DNA from: Candidatus Bathyarchaeota archaeon
GTDB taxonomy: Archaea; Thermoproteota; Bathyarchaeia; Bathyarchaeales; DTEX01
NCBI GenBank assembly: GCA_963714275.1
Contig: CAVQNT010000006.1
Span: 480,788-544,787 of the forward strand
Direction of reading: 5' to 3'
DNA: 64,000 nucleotides
In this document: piece after piece, positions 42,344 through 55,174 of the stretch
How positions within the stretch are numbered: the first letter of the stretch is position 1
Layout of the letters: each line of letters begins with the position of its first letter
The notes under the pieces: model-generated
The model's input: the letters and a program-made list of their open reading frames with translations, nothing else
Database searches by the model: none
Told to the model about the DNA's origin: nothing
Made by a program: the position numbers and the translations under genes

Positions 42344-44096
42344 TCAAGACTTTATGGGAGACCCCAAATCCTCAAAGCCAATTTTACCGCGGAAAAAGTC
42401 GCACAGAAGCCCGGGCAAAATGTCAACTTTCGTCCTAACCTGCTTCCACGATGCTCTGTCACGGATCGTCACAGTTCCATCCTCAACCGTTTTATAGTCC
42501 ACTGTAACGCATAGAGAGGTACCAATTTCGTCGAAACGCGCGTATCTTCTTCCGATTGAACCCCCATCATCATATTCAACCGAGAATCCCTCGTCAACGA
42601 GTAGGTCACACAAATGCATAGCATTTTCGGGCAAGCCACCTTTACTTACAAGCGGAAGAACAGCCAACTGCAAAGGAGCAACATCGCGCGGAAAATTCAG
42701 AACCGTCCTTCCCTTTCTCACCTTATAGGCATATTCTAACGCGACGTAGGCTAGGCGATCTGACCCGAAGCTCGGCTCAATAGCGTGAGGAATGAATCTA
42801 CGTCCTGTCTCCTCGACCTTTTTCTGAACGAACGCTACGTGTTTTGGAAGAATTTTGAATTTTCCAGCCAAATAATGTCCTTGTTCTTTAAGCGAAGCTT
42901 CAATCTTCTTCGGATCAGCCTTTAATAATAGTTCAATCACTTTCGGCGTGTCTTCCTTGAAGGCTGGACCCAACTCCGAGTGGACAGGTCTAATAACAAG
43001 TTCGGTTTTTACCCTTTTTATTCCATCCGCCTTAAAAACGGTCATGTCGACTCCGCTTTCCTGCATGTGCCCCCGGAGGTCGTAGTCCGTTCGGTAGTTG
43101 AAGCCCGAAACCTCAACCCACCCCCAACGGTCAAGATAAACCTCCTGATCAAATCCCTGAACAGAATAATGAGCCCTTTCCCAAGCAAACTTCTCGATGA
43201 ACCGCTGCTTGTCCTCAGGGACCCCCAAATCCTTCAGGAACCGTTTAGCCAAAGCCATAAAGTACGCCTGCCACTCCGTCTTAATGTAACCTTTGGCTAT
43301 GGATTCCTTTACGGAAACCTCGACAGGAACATCCAAACCCTTTGACCTTTTATCTGTAAGCAGAAGCCTCAACGTTTCATCCTCAACTTCACCTAAACGT
43401 GGGCATTCGGGACGTTCCGGATCAATGAAAAATTCAAGGTCTATTATGGTGAACTCTCTCAGGCGGATTGGTCCCTGACGGGGAGAAATCTCGTTCCGAA
43501 GGGCATGACCGATAGTGAAAAAGCCAACAGGCAACTTTTCTCTTGTCTGCTCGTATAGACGCTTGAATTCCACGAAAACTCCCTGTGCAGCCTCAGGACG
43601 ACCATAACCCACAGCGTCAGAGTACGGTCCAATGGTCGTCTTAAACATTGTAAGGAATTGTTCTGGCGGTCCGAGGCTTCCCCCGCAGTCTGGACACTTG
43701 ATTCCGTATTTTTCAACAGCTTCTCTGATTTCGTTGAGCTGCATCTTATCCGTTTCTTGCGAGCTCAGCTTCGCATTTTCCTGCAGAAGATGGTCCGCCC
43801 TGAACCATTTTTGGCATTCGCCACATTTAACCATGGGTTCCTTGAAGCTTTTAACGTGACCCGAAGCAATGAAGACCCTTTCCGGCATGATGATGGGGGA
43901 CTCAAGTCTCGTATAACCCTAATCTGCGCAGAAACTGGTCTCTGAGTTTTTCCTCAATCTTCCTCTTCATCACTGAACCCAAGGGACCCCAATTAATGAA
44001 CCCGCCTGTGCCACCATAAATTTCATAGGAAGGCCAAAAGAAACCTCGGCGTCGTGCCAGTTCGCTGACTTTTTCGTATTTGTCCACTTTTTTCAA
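42344..44096 (-). CDS. glyS: Glycine--tRNA ligase (alpha2 type), frameshift near 43905
   Basis: RRGFFWPSYEIYGG, SGHV, RPEAAQG, RNEISPRQG..RLREF, IEPSFGSDR, SIGRRYARFDEIG. Confidence 0.96.
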
Positions 44097-44201
44097 AGGC
44101 TCAAACCATCCATCCTAGAGGCTTCAAATACTCAAGCCCACCATCGATATTAGCATTACCTAATATGAACATAGTTTAATTTAAAAATACAGTATTCTGG
44201 T

Positions 44202-45789
44202 CTACAATTTTTTGCTCACGTAAGACCCATCGTATCTGTAACCGAGTCTCTTGTAGTACCTTTTGGTACCCAAAGCACTCGTAACCATAATTTTTTTGTA
44301 GCCCTGCTCTCTGCTAAGTTGCTCAGCCTTCTCCAGAAGCCGTTTCCCGCAGCCTCTATGCTGATGAGCTCCTCGGATACGCTTCCCGACGGGAACAACT
44401 TGACCGCAAACACGTAACTCCCGAACTATCGAGGCTTCTTTTCCCAGGATTTCTGGTCTGTGCGGCTTATCGGATGGAAACCGAAGCCTTAAGTAGCCTA
44501 TCAGAACATCGTTCGTTTGGTCCTCTAATGAAAAAAAATGCTCTGCTCCACCAGAAGCCTCGTACGTTTTCATCAACATCTCAACCTGCTTGTAATCGGG
44601 AACAACCTTGTCCTTCAGCCATCTGTGCCCAACCTCGCGGCATCGAATGCACCTGCACATTCGACCTTCTTCTTTGAGTTTGTTTTGAACAAGTTCTCGG
44701 AGGTTGCTTTTTTTCACGCCCTTTTCAATCAGGTACGCAGGGATGTCTCTTTGGACACGCATTATTCTGACCCATTCTGGAACAAATTTTTTGATTTCAG
44801 ATATCAGCTCTACAGTTTCATCAGTCGTGTAAGGTTCATACTTGCCCTGTTTCCACCAATCATACAGCCTGGTTCCTTCGATGACGAGGCAAGGATAAAT
44901 CTTCAACATATCAGGTTTGAAGCTGAGAGTCAGAAAAAATCGTTTTAAAGCCCTCAACATCTCTTTCAAAATTTGAACCGGGAAGCCCAGGCATCACGTG
45001 ATAAACGACCTTGAGCCCAGAGTCCTTCAAAACACGGGTCGCATCAACCACGTCCATAAGGGTGTGACCGCGATTAACGAGCTCATAGATATCGTCGTAA
45101 ACATTTTGCACACCGATTTCGACCCTTGTCACGCCCAACGAAAGCATCTGGTCAACGTCTTTTTCCTTAGCCCAGTCCGGACGGGTCTCAACCGTGACTC
45201 CCACGTTTCGGACTCGACTTGACTCAGCAAACCGTTTAGCTTCATCAATCGTGTTAGAGGATTGTCCGTTGATTGCATCCAAGCATCCCTTAACAAATTC
45301 CTCTTGATAGCTTTGAGGAGTGCTTGGAAAAGTTCCCCCCATAATTATGAGCTCAACCTTGTCAACCGAATGTCCAATAGATTCGTACTGTTCTATCCTG
45401 TGCCTGACCTGCTTGTACGCGTCGTAGGCGTTCTGCGACCCCCTCATGGAGGCTGGCTCAACTCCCGTGTAGCTCTGCGGAACACCCTTAGAAGGTCCGC
45501 CTGGGCAATACGCGCATGGCTGTCCTTGAGGGCACGGCCAAGGCTTCGTCATCACCGCGACAACGGTGACTCCTGAGGCTGCGCGGACTGGTTTTCTGCA
45601 CAAAACTTTAAGGATTTTTTTTCGTTCGTTCGGTTTTAGAAACTCTATTATTTCCGAGTTTTTCGGAACTTGAGTTAGACCATATTTTTGTGCAATTCTG
45701 GTTTTGACTCGGTTTACGTCGTCTCTGGATGGGTTCTGAAGCCGTATTAGGCTGTCTATGGCTTCTCGGGCTGCAACTTTATTCATCAA
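44202..45789 (-). CDS. elp3: tRNA uridine(34) acetyltransferase Elp3 (radical SAM + GNAT), frameshift near 44965
   Basis: PCPQGQPCAYCPGG, PQSYTG.EPA, ETRPD, KIYPC, RVQRDIP, CRCIRCRE, QHRGCG. Confidence 0.95.
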
Positions 45790-45881
45790 TGGTCGATAAA
45801 GAGTTGAGAGCTGCCGAATAAAAACGCTTTCTCACAATAGTTCAAAAAATAACAATTTAGATGAACAGCAACAAGTATCTA

Positions 45882-47424
45882 TTATGCGACATGTCGAGTC
45901 AAAAATTTTCTATGTTTGGCAAACGTTTTCCTTAAAGCCAAGCTAACGTTGTCCTGGATTTCCTGCAGCTCATGGTAGACTTCGACATTTGTGGGCTTTG
46001 GATGAGCAAGAGTTTCTTCGTCCACCCTGACGTAACGGTTAGTAATCTCTTGGATGCTTGTTCTTTCTCCGAAGCCATTTTCGTAGGTCCACATCGCCTG
46101 CAACGCAGCCCCGTAAGCAGCGCCTTCATCTGTTTCGAGGCACACAACCTCAGCGTCAAACACGTCAGCCGCTATCTGCCTCCAAGCAGCGTTCTTTGAG
46201 CCGCCGCCAGTAAGCCTAATCTGCGAAGGCTTGATGCCTAGGCTCCTCATTCTGTTGAGACCATAATTCATGCCTAAAGTGACGCCTTCCATAGATGCCC
46301 TTGCGAAATGTTCCTTGTAAAAGGTTTCTTTGTTAAGGCCGTAGAAAAGCCCAGTTCCATCTGGAACGTTAGGCGTCCTTTCGCCCTCGAAGTACGGAAG
46401 AAGAATCAAACCATCTGAACCCGGCGGAGTCTTTTCCACAACATTACTTCAGCTCATCGTGAGAAAGCTTAAACATGTTCCTAACGAACTCCGTGGCAAC
46501 CGTGACGTTCATCGTGCAAAGCAGGGGAAGCCAAGCGTTCGTCGAGTCGCAGAAGGCTGCGATTTCTCCCTCAGGATCAACTACAGGCTTACCAGAGTAG
46601 GCATAGATGGTGCCTGAGGTGCCGAGGCTAGCTGTAACTATTCCTTCTCGCGTGTTTCCGGTCCCTATTGCGCCCATCATGTTGTCTCCACCACCTGCGC
46701 TAACAAGAACGTCGTTGCGGAACCCAAATTTCTCAGCGATTCCTTCTTGGATTGTTCCTACTGGTTTGTTGGAACCCTGCAGCGGAGGAAGTTTCTCTAT
46801 TAGATTCGGGTCGATTGCGTCCAAAACCTCTTTACACCATTTTCTTGTTAGAACATTCATGAGGGCGGTGCCTGAACCGTCGCCATACTCCATCACCTTT
46901 TTGCCCGTCAGGTAAAAGTTCAAGTAGTCATGCGGCAGCAAAATCGTGCTCAGTTTATCATAGTTCGCTGGTTCATGCCTTTTGAGCCAAAGAACCTTTG
47001 AAGCTGTGAACCCAGGCGGAATTGTAAGCCCCAAATATTCTATGACTGCCTTTTTTCCTCCAAGCTTCCGGGTGAGGATGTTGCATTCATCAAGCGTGCT
47101 TGTATCGTTCCACAGCTTAACTGGCCTAATCACTTTTCCTTTTTCGTCAAGAGGAACAAAACCGTGCTGTTGCCCAGAAACGCCTATCGCCTTAACGTTT
47201 CGAGGGTCTGTCTTCGCCTCATGCAAAGCTTGGTTCATCGTTTCGTGCAGGGCGTCGATCCAGACGGTTGGGTCTTGTTCTTTGTGGCCAGGCGGAAGCC
47301 CTTCTACGAGCCCGTATCCTTTTGCTGCTTTGGCTACGACTTGCCCTGTTTCGCCATCCACGATAATGGTTTTGGTGCTTTGGGTGCCGTTGTCGACTCC
47401 AAGGAAATATTGTTTTTCAACCAT
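45882..47424 (-). CDS. xylB: Xylulokinase (FGGY family), frameshift near 46445
   Basis: LGVDNGTQSTK, GVSGQQHG, LWND, GFTASK, GGGDNMMGAIG, LPYFEGERTP, GGGSKN. Confidence 0.92.
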
Positions 47425-47489
47425 TTCCCTCGCCCACCTTTTTGTGGTGCAAATGTTATGTATATCTTTGCATTCTTATAATTTGTATT

Positions 47490-48218
47490 ATGATGTTGAT
47501 TTCTCTGTCGATTCTTGATTACGAGCCTGAACTTGCTACCCATGTCAATGACATTTTAGAATCCAAAGCCATAGCAACCATACTCAGTTTAATCAAGACA
47601 GGCAAGTTTCACCGCGTCCACATAGATATCATGAAACCACCGATGATACCAAATAGAACAACATTCAAAATCAATCTGATACGTGCTTTATATCAAGGCT
47701 TGATTGATAAGATTCCTTTGGCTACTCACCTCATGGTTGACGACCCATACCCAATCATTGAGGAAATGAACATATTCATGCCCAGAAAGGAAAGAAACGA
47801 TTTCGAAATTTTCGTCCAAAGAGAATCCTTCAGTTCCGAAGCTAACACAATTAAGGCTCTTAATTTTCTGAAAGAGTGCAACTATTTATCTGGGATTTGC
47901 CTAAACCTGCCAACATCAACCGAGGTTCTCAGTGCAAAAATCGTCGAATCTTCTGACATAATCCTTCTCATGACGGTGCCGATGGGGGCGGGCGGACAAG
48001 GATACAACATGGAAGGTTCGAAAAGGATTTCCCTTTTTTCAAAGAGATTCCCAAAAAAGACGATAGCGGTTGATGGCGGGATGAACCCGAAAACGATAGT
48101 TGAGGCAGAAAAAGCGGGAGCCGAGATAGCCATTGTTGGCTCGTTCATTACTCGCAATAAACACCCAATCAATGCTGTTTTTGAGCTTGAACAAAGCCTA
48201 AAAAAAGGCAAAAAGTAA
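47490..48218 (+). CDS. rpe: Ribulose-phosphate 3-epimerase (divergent)
   Basis: HIDIM, THLMV, LLMTVPMGAGGQ, IAVDGG, IVGS. Confidence 0.85.
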   Translation: MMLISLSILDYEPELATHVNDILESKAIATILSLIKTGKFHRVHIDIMKPPMIPNRTTFKINLIRALYQGLIDKIPLATHLMVDDPYPIIEEMNIFMPRKERNDFEIFVQRESFSSEANTIKALNFLKECNYLSGICLNLPTSTEVLSAKIVESSDIILLMTVPMGAGGQGYNMEGSKRISLFSKRFPKKTIAVDGGMNPKTIVEAEKAGAEIAIVGSFITRNKHPINAVFELEQSLKKGKK

Positions 48219-48247
48219 AGTTTACCATTTTTCACAATTTGCAAATC

Positions 48248-49565
48248 TTAATTTTGCGAAAGGATTCTTCTGGTCTCTTTTTTGTAACTTTCTACGCTGG
48301 GTTGTCCGAACGGGTTCACGCCCAGTAAGTATCCTAGGTAGATTGTTTCGAGCATCTTGAACTGTAGAAACTGCCCAGCGGAACATTCGGATTTGTCTGG
48401 AAGAACAATCTCGGAGTACGGTCTCACATGTTCCCTGAAGGCTGCCTTCGTTCCCTCAAGTATGGCGTCCATGACTGTTTTCAGGCTCTTACCCCGAACT
48501 CCAGCCACTAATTCATCATAGTCGCCTGTTTTTGGCACCTTCAATGATGAGAAACCGTTTTGGACAGAAACAAACGTCGTAAACTTGTCGAATGGACCAC
48601 CAAGGTAAAGCTGAGCTATCGAATGCAGGTCTGTTGACCCAACCGAAACGGTCGGCGTAAGCCCAGAATTCACTTTTTCGCCCTTTTTTGTTAAGTTCCC
48701 TGCCTAGACTTTCTGCCACAAGTTGCCTGTTCCATTTGCCCATGGACTCCAGATCGTTCGAGAACAGGAACAGGTCGAAAATGTTCACCCCTTGCCTAAA
48801 ATGCTGGAACTGCATCGACGCGGATTCCGCAGCGGGGTTCCTCTCAACATCGTCACCGATGCACTTGTCTCTGGCAGATTTGGCACCAGCAAGCAATTCA
48901 TCAATGTTTATTCCTAAGAGTCCGAGCGGAAACAAACCGACGGGTGAAAGAACAGAGTATCTTCCGCCTACTTTTTCGGGAATTTCGAGTGCGTCGAAGC
49001 CTTCTTTTTGTCCGAGCTTCCACAGTTTGGAATCCTTGTCCGAGGTTATTACGACATATTTTTTGTAGTCACGTTTGTGCTTGCGGACGACGTCAATTAG
49101 CACTTCGAAGTTCACTGCGGTCTCAGTCGTTGTCCCAGACTTGCTTATGCAGTTAATAATGACGTTTCTTCCTTTCTTTAATGCTGGTTCAATCAACTTG
49201 ACAATGCTGTTGATGTAATCTGTGTCCACGGTGTCAGCGAACAAAACCTTGGTTGCGGGATTAAGTTGATTGTGCAGCTTCCCCAGAACTGCTTCCTGAA
49301 CAGCCACGGTGCCAAGGTTGCTTCCGCCTATTCCGACGACTACAATATACTCCGGGTTTAGGCGTTTCTTTTCCTGCACGAGTTCCTTGACTTTTCTATG
49401 CATGTCCTTGTCGTCGGGCAGGTTGATGCAAGCTTTGTCATCATCGTAACCCTTGGACGTGGCTTGCACGCAGTTTTCGATTTCAGGCAAAAGTATTTTC
49501 GCGGTCTCAACTATTTTTTCTGAAGAAATGAGACAGTTTTCGAAAGCGAATTCCACGTTTTTCAT
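48248..49565 (-). CDS. pgi: Glucose-6-phosphate isomerase, frameshift near 48680
   Basis: VGIGGSNLG, SKSGTTTET, VGGRYSVLS, QLVAESLG, DLHSIAQ, NPFGQPSVESYK. Confidence 0.92.
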
Positions 49566-49640
49566 CTTTTGGTCGCTGTTAACTACTGTTTAAAATCAGT
49601 AAATAACCTTTTTGAACCTACACAAAAATGGTTGGTTCCA

Positions 49641-50000
49641 CTATGATCTTTTCTTCGCATCAGCCTTTTTTAAGGTTACAGAGTGTCCTCCGAACTGTTC
49701 TCTCAGCGCAGAAAGCATCTTTCCAGTGTACGAAGGGTTGTCTTGGGATTCGATTCTGAAATTAACCACTTCCTCAATAATTTTCGTCTTTAGACCCATT
49801 TCACGCGCCATTTTTACGGTCCATTCTCCCTGCCTGTATGGGCTACCCTTCCCGGGACATCCTTTAAGTCGGCGCTGTGGACTTCGAACGCCTTTCCCAG
49901 CCGCTCCATGAGCCTCGACTCGATCACGCTGCTGTGGTTATACACTTCCGCCACATCCTCAAGGTTAAGCGAGTAATCCACATTCCTTAACAATTTTTGC
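49641..50000 (-). pseudogene. gnd: C-terminal fragment of 6-phosphogluconate dehydrogenase
   Basis: VAEVYNHSSVIESRL...TGEGEWTV...KMLSALREQFGGH across two frames. N-terminal Rossmann half is absent. Confidence 0.75.
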
Positions 50001-50057
50001 TTCTTTGCCCAAGCCTTCAGTCTTCGATTAAGCGTCAATAACACTTTCTCGGTTCAA

Positions 50058-52489
50058 TCATGGATGAACATTTGAATTCAAGTCGTCAGGGTCAACGAGC
50101 GTTTTCGAGCCCGTGCAGTCCACCAGTTCGAAAAAGTTAGCCCCATAGCCGTCGCCATCTTCGTCAAGGCATACTTTGGCGCCTTCCGCGTAGTTTACAA
50201 TCATGTATGCTGAGTGAGGTTTGAGGGTCATGTTGTAGTTGTTTGTGAAGTTGTATACCAGTGTGTAGTTTAGGTGCAAGTCCTCAGACGATTCGTCGTT
50301 GTAAGCATATGGGCTGTCACCAGTCAATGAAACAATCAGCGACCTGTTTGAAGGCATGTAAGGTAAGCTCGAGCTGTACATCTACACTTTTCTCTAAGTC
50401 CCTATTAATCAACAGAATGGAATACCTGTCACCATACTTGAATGGGTATACAGCGATGTCTGGCACATTAATGGGGTACCTGTGGACTTCGAGGTTATAG
50501 CTCTGAAAGTTTTCCCACATTATGAAGTTGTTGGCTGCGTCGCCTAATGGGTCAAACGTACCTGAAGTGAAGGAGCAATCGAGGAGCTGCCCCCTTTGGA
50601 ATTCGCCGTACATTTGCAGGGCGTAGTAAACGGGTCTTTTCTTGACGTAGGCATAATCCTCCATGAAGCCCCACGTCCACCCGAAGCCTTGAACATAAAA
50701 AGCGTTAATGGGGTCTAACCCGTTCTTCCTTAGGCTTAAGCTTTGGTCAAGTACCGCTATCGCTGCGCCAAGGCTTGTTTCCATGTTTGCCAGCTCGTGG
50801 TTGAAGGGTTCTCTTTTAAAGACGCCTGTCATTCCATATTCGTAAATTCCAACATCGATGGACGTTGGGTAGTTCTCTTCAACCATCTCCTTAAGGTACG
50901 AAGCGTACTCATCTATGTATGCGGCTTCGCCTAACGCTCTCCGGTACCACACTGCCCTGTTCAGCTTCGGAGCCCGTTAAGCTGCCTTCGCTGTACGTAG
51001 TTTGCCTATTGGCATAATAGTTCGTGAAGTCGTGTCCAGGAAAATACTCAGCCACTAATATGAAGTCGAAGTCTCCTTCGCCCGCATTGTTGCTTTCGTC
51101 AGTTAAAAATTGAACGTTAAGCCCAACGTCCGAGTACCACAGCCCGACGCCTATCTTGTTCAGGCTTGAGTTCCAGTACGGCGAAGACTTGGCGACTCTA
51201 ACCGCCTCTGTAACGTAATCCGCATACTCTCTTTGGGTCCAGGTTGGTCCATTGCCGTTCTGCAGGACCTCGTTTCCCAACTCGAAGTAGACCTTGTCGA
51301 ACTTGCCCTTCCACGATTCAAACCCCGCCTTTTCCCTCATCGCTCCGTAAGCTGTCGCGTTGTCTCCGTACATGTATTCCAGCAAGTCCGAAATTAAGGA
51401 TGGCTCCATAATCAAAAACTGCGAAATAACGTAGTCTGGGCACGCTCCCGTCAGCTCGCACAGTTTCAGAAACTGGTTAAAGTCGAACACGTCACCTCCA
51501 ACATTGCCGTCCCAGTCAGCATAATTCTGCAAATCAAACCTGTCTCCAAAGATACTCTCGGGTCGTAGCGAGTTACATCCAAGCCCACCGTACCGAAGGG
51601 TCGAAGGCCTAAGATTCCTTACTTCATCAATGAAACGTGTGGACAGCCCCCAAGCGTTTATGCCCTCGGAATCGTAGAACTGGGCATCGTCAATCCAAAG
51701 GGTGCCTGACGAAAAAACTTCGATTCTCTCGGAGTTAGACTGTCCATAGTAAGGATCAATTGGCGTACAATTGACCGGAAGAACAAAATCCATCTCGTAA
51801 TAGCGCCACTCTGTACTCACCGTGAAGCTCTGAGACTGGTCAAACCTATCGTCTCCACTCCAGAATCTGACTCTTAACCTAACATCCTGTGTTAGACCAC
51901 TCTGTTTCATCCAGCACCCAAACTTGTAGGTTCTGTTCGCTAAGAATTCCCTGCCAGACTGATATTGCCCAAGCCTAACGGGTTCAGAACAACTTGTAAT
52001 CATTATTTTTTGGGCGTACCGTCCGTGGACAAAATTGCCTTGGGTCCCATCTTTACTGAAGGTCACAGTGCTGCTTGTGTTGTCAGCTGCGAAGTCTTCG
52101 TTGGTCCATAGCAGCCAGTCGTCCGCCATTTCACCAAAAGGGGTGGTTCGGTAGGCTTCGAAACCGTAAGTTCCCAGAAAATTCATGTTTGGCGATGAAC
52201 TGTACCGGGTTGAGGTTTCAGGAATCTGCAGCCCCACACGCATATCGGGCGACTGCCCATAATAGGTTGATGATGAAATGGTTACTTGAACAAGCTTGGG
52301 CTCTTCAGACGGTTTTTCGCCGCTGGGACTGAAGTATTCGAGTGCTTTGGGAATGGCAAATGTAGCAACTATGACGAACAATATGAGGGACGCCATAGCT
52401 TTACGTTTCGTCAGAGACAGAAAGGGATTGAACGGGGCAATACTAGATAGGCACGAAATAAAGCGTGGTTTCCAATCCAAATTTGTCAT
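50058..52489 (-). CDS. Membrane-anchored GH51-like (clan GH-A) glycoside hydrolase with a CBM-like domain, two frameshifts
   Basis: N-terminal TM, CBM4/9-like segment, LRPSTLRYGG, YFELGNE (acid/base), IYEYG (nucleophile). C-terminal DEDGDGYG...DPDD metal-binding motif. Confidence 0.7.
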
Positions 52490-52513
52490 CCCATGAATAT
52501 TTGGTTAAAGATT

Positions 52514-54755
52514 TTATTTATCAATTGTGAGCTTAACAGCAATGTCTTTGCTAAGGGTTTCGATTAGAAGCGGGATTTTTCCTCCTACTGCTTGAAGAGA
52601 TTCTCTTTTGATAACGATACCTGTGTAAGTGTCCCACCACTCAACAGTGTACGTTTCCGTCTTTGAAGCCGAGAAGCTCGAGCTCCACCGACTCCAAGGG
52701 TTCAATAGGCATTTGGTTGACCACGTTCCACCATGTGTGTTCTTTATTCTGTATCCAAACCATCGCGAAAGTGCCGTTGGATAAACCCATGACCCTTGCT
52801 TTGCTGCTTTTCAGCACCGCTTTTGTGAATATCACGTAGTCTATCGTGAACCAGTCGTTGCCGCCGTTGTCGAGCTTGACTTGTGTCTGCCAGCTAGAAC
52901 AGGAACTGATACGTCAAGGTTATACTCGTTAACGAAGCCGTCGTTTTTCCTGTCAATGTCGGTCAGGTTGACTGTTTTCACGAGTGAACCGTCAATAAAG
53001 ATTTTGAGAACCGCGCCTGAGTTTGCTACCGAATTCACGTGGACCACGACTTCGCCTCCGTACGTAAAATTGACGATGAACGTGGGGTTGTTCCTGAGTC
53101 AGGGTGGAATGCGCCGTGAATGTAACCACTGAGCTGAGAAGCATTGCCAATATTGCCATACAGGTCAACCTCGAAAACATTCGCTTCAGGCATACTCCAG
53201 CCTAAGCTTGGGTACACCGTTAAATTGCACAGGTCATAGACATTAATCTGCGCAGGCTCAACAAATTGCACTTCTAAAGCTCTTAGCCCAGCTTCGTCTG
53301 GCTTGATTCCTTCAAGGTATCGGCTTAGAGCCTTAAAATGGTAGTAAAGATTGTTTTGGGTGGATGTAGTTGTCCCACCACCACAACATTGCTGACGATG
53401 CTGACCCAGAATGAACCGAAGACCAGATGCCATTGTGAATCTGTACTCCATCAACGTCTTTTGTCGTGTATGAGTCATCTGACCACCTCCAGTCCGCACC
53501 GAACTCAGCTAAAATCACAGGCTTATGGTATTGCTGTATTAGGTCGCTGATCAAGTCAAGAACTGCGCCACCAATGTCAAGAAAGCCCGTTGGACCATAC
53601 CTGTGCACTGTCAGCAGATCCAAGGATTGCAGACTACCGAAACTGCAGTCAGAGCTCGTGGTTATCAGGTGTCCGTATGGATCATTGTTTCTGATAAATT
53701 CAGCCATATTGTTGTGCCATTCGCTGACCTTCACGAAATCATAATTGTCGGTTAGCTCAACCTCGTTCCACAGTTCCCAAGCCAAAATGTTTGTGCTGTA
53801 TCCCCATCTGGAAACAATGTACTTTAACCGTTTCTTGAAAAGTTCAATTGCCTCCCCGTTGGTCCAAAAATCTTCAGGCTTCTCAAGTGGACCGCCGTTT
53901 CCCTTGTTATACGGGTTGTCTTTCCACTGTGCTGTTGACTCTGCGGCTTGAAGTTGGCCGTGGTTCATGAAACACAGGAGAACGTAGATGCCTTTTTCTT
54001 GCGCCTTTTTCAGCACGTAGTCCAGCCGCCACGCTTCAGCCAGATTGTAGTTGCTGAGTTCTATCCATTCGATGCCAAAGACCCACGGTGCCATCCAGAT
54101 TCTGGTGATTGTCTCGCTGCTTTGGTTCATGGACGAGAACCACTCATCATAATCGAACGTTCCCCTTGACCCCGACCAGCAAACATCGTGACCAACAAAA
54201 AAGAAGGAGCTGCCGTCATCGAACCGGAAGAACCTGCGATCAATGCTGCTTACTCTTACGAACCCTCGGTTACTGGAGGAAGCAACGTCGAACGTGAAAG
54301 AGTCAGTCGTTTCTGTCTGTGCTTCTTTCTCAAACTTAGCGTAGAAAGAGTATTCCCCGACCTCTGTGGGTGTGAACCTAACTTTCCAAAAAGGCGCACC
54401 TATTGGAGTAAGGGTTTCTCGATTCCCATTTAAGTCTACGGTCATATTCCTGATAATAGAAAGCAGGAACCTCTATTGTTTGGCTGCTTGGAGTGGTAAA
54501 TACAACCGAAACGTTTGCTTCGCTTGGGTCGAATGGATTGTCGATAACTGCAGTAACATTGATGTTGACTTCCATTGTCCCATAAAGAGGGATTGTTTCC
54601 TGACTAAAACCGAAGATTGATATTGAGGAATTCGTTCGGGAGCCCCCTATAATTATTTGGTAAATGAGCGCTGATGAGGCTATTATCGCTATTGCCATGA
54701 ATGCCATGAGGATTTTACTCAACTTTAAAGGGTTATTCCTGTGATCTTTAACCAT
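52514..54755 (-). CDS. DUF5060 + GH5-like glycoside hydrolase, multiple frameshifts
   Basis: TM anchor, NPFDP...VPAFY...WKVRFTP (DUF5060), WELWNEV, ILAEFG, C-terminal VEWWDTYTG. Confidence 0.75.
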
Positions 54756-54852
54756 AACAGTAACTTTACTTGCATAAGTCTTAAATTTTATTTGATATTT
54801 CAAGAAAAACATGCTAGTCAGCTAAAAGTAATACTAAATTTTTTGCCCATTT

Positions 54853-55075
54853 TTATTGTTGAATTAGGTTTTTGGCTCCATCAACGATGTATTGTACAGC
54901 TATTGCGGCTATGAACATCGCCATCAACCTGGTGACCGCCAAAGTGCCGTTTCTTCCAAGGATTTTATAAATTGGATTAATGAACCTCAGTACCAACCAG
55001 ACGATAACAAACGTTATCAGCACCGAAACTACCGTCACAAAAATCCCTGACGACTGAAGAATCAGTATATCTAGA
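54853..55075 (-). pseudogene. C-terminal fragment of a MarC-family membrane protein
   Basis: ILGRNGTLAVTRLMAMFIAAIAVQYIVDG. N-terminal half is missing. Confidence 0.7.
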
Positions 55076-55174
55076 TATATTCTAGAATGGAGAAAAAAAT
55101 AAAAAAAATTGGGGGCTGTTCTTGTCTTTTGAAACCAGCCAACTTTAAACCGAATACAGTTTATCCGTGGTTTT

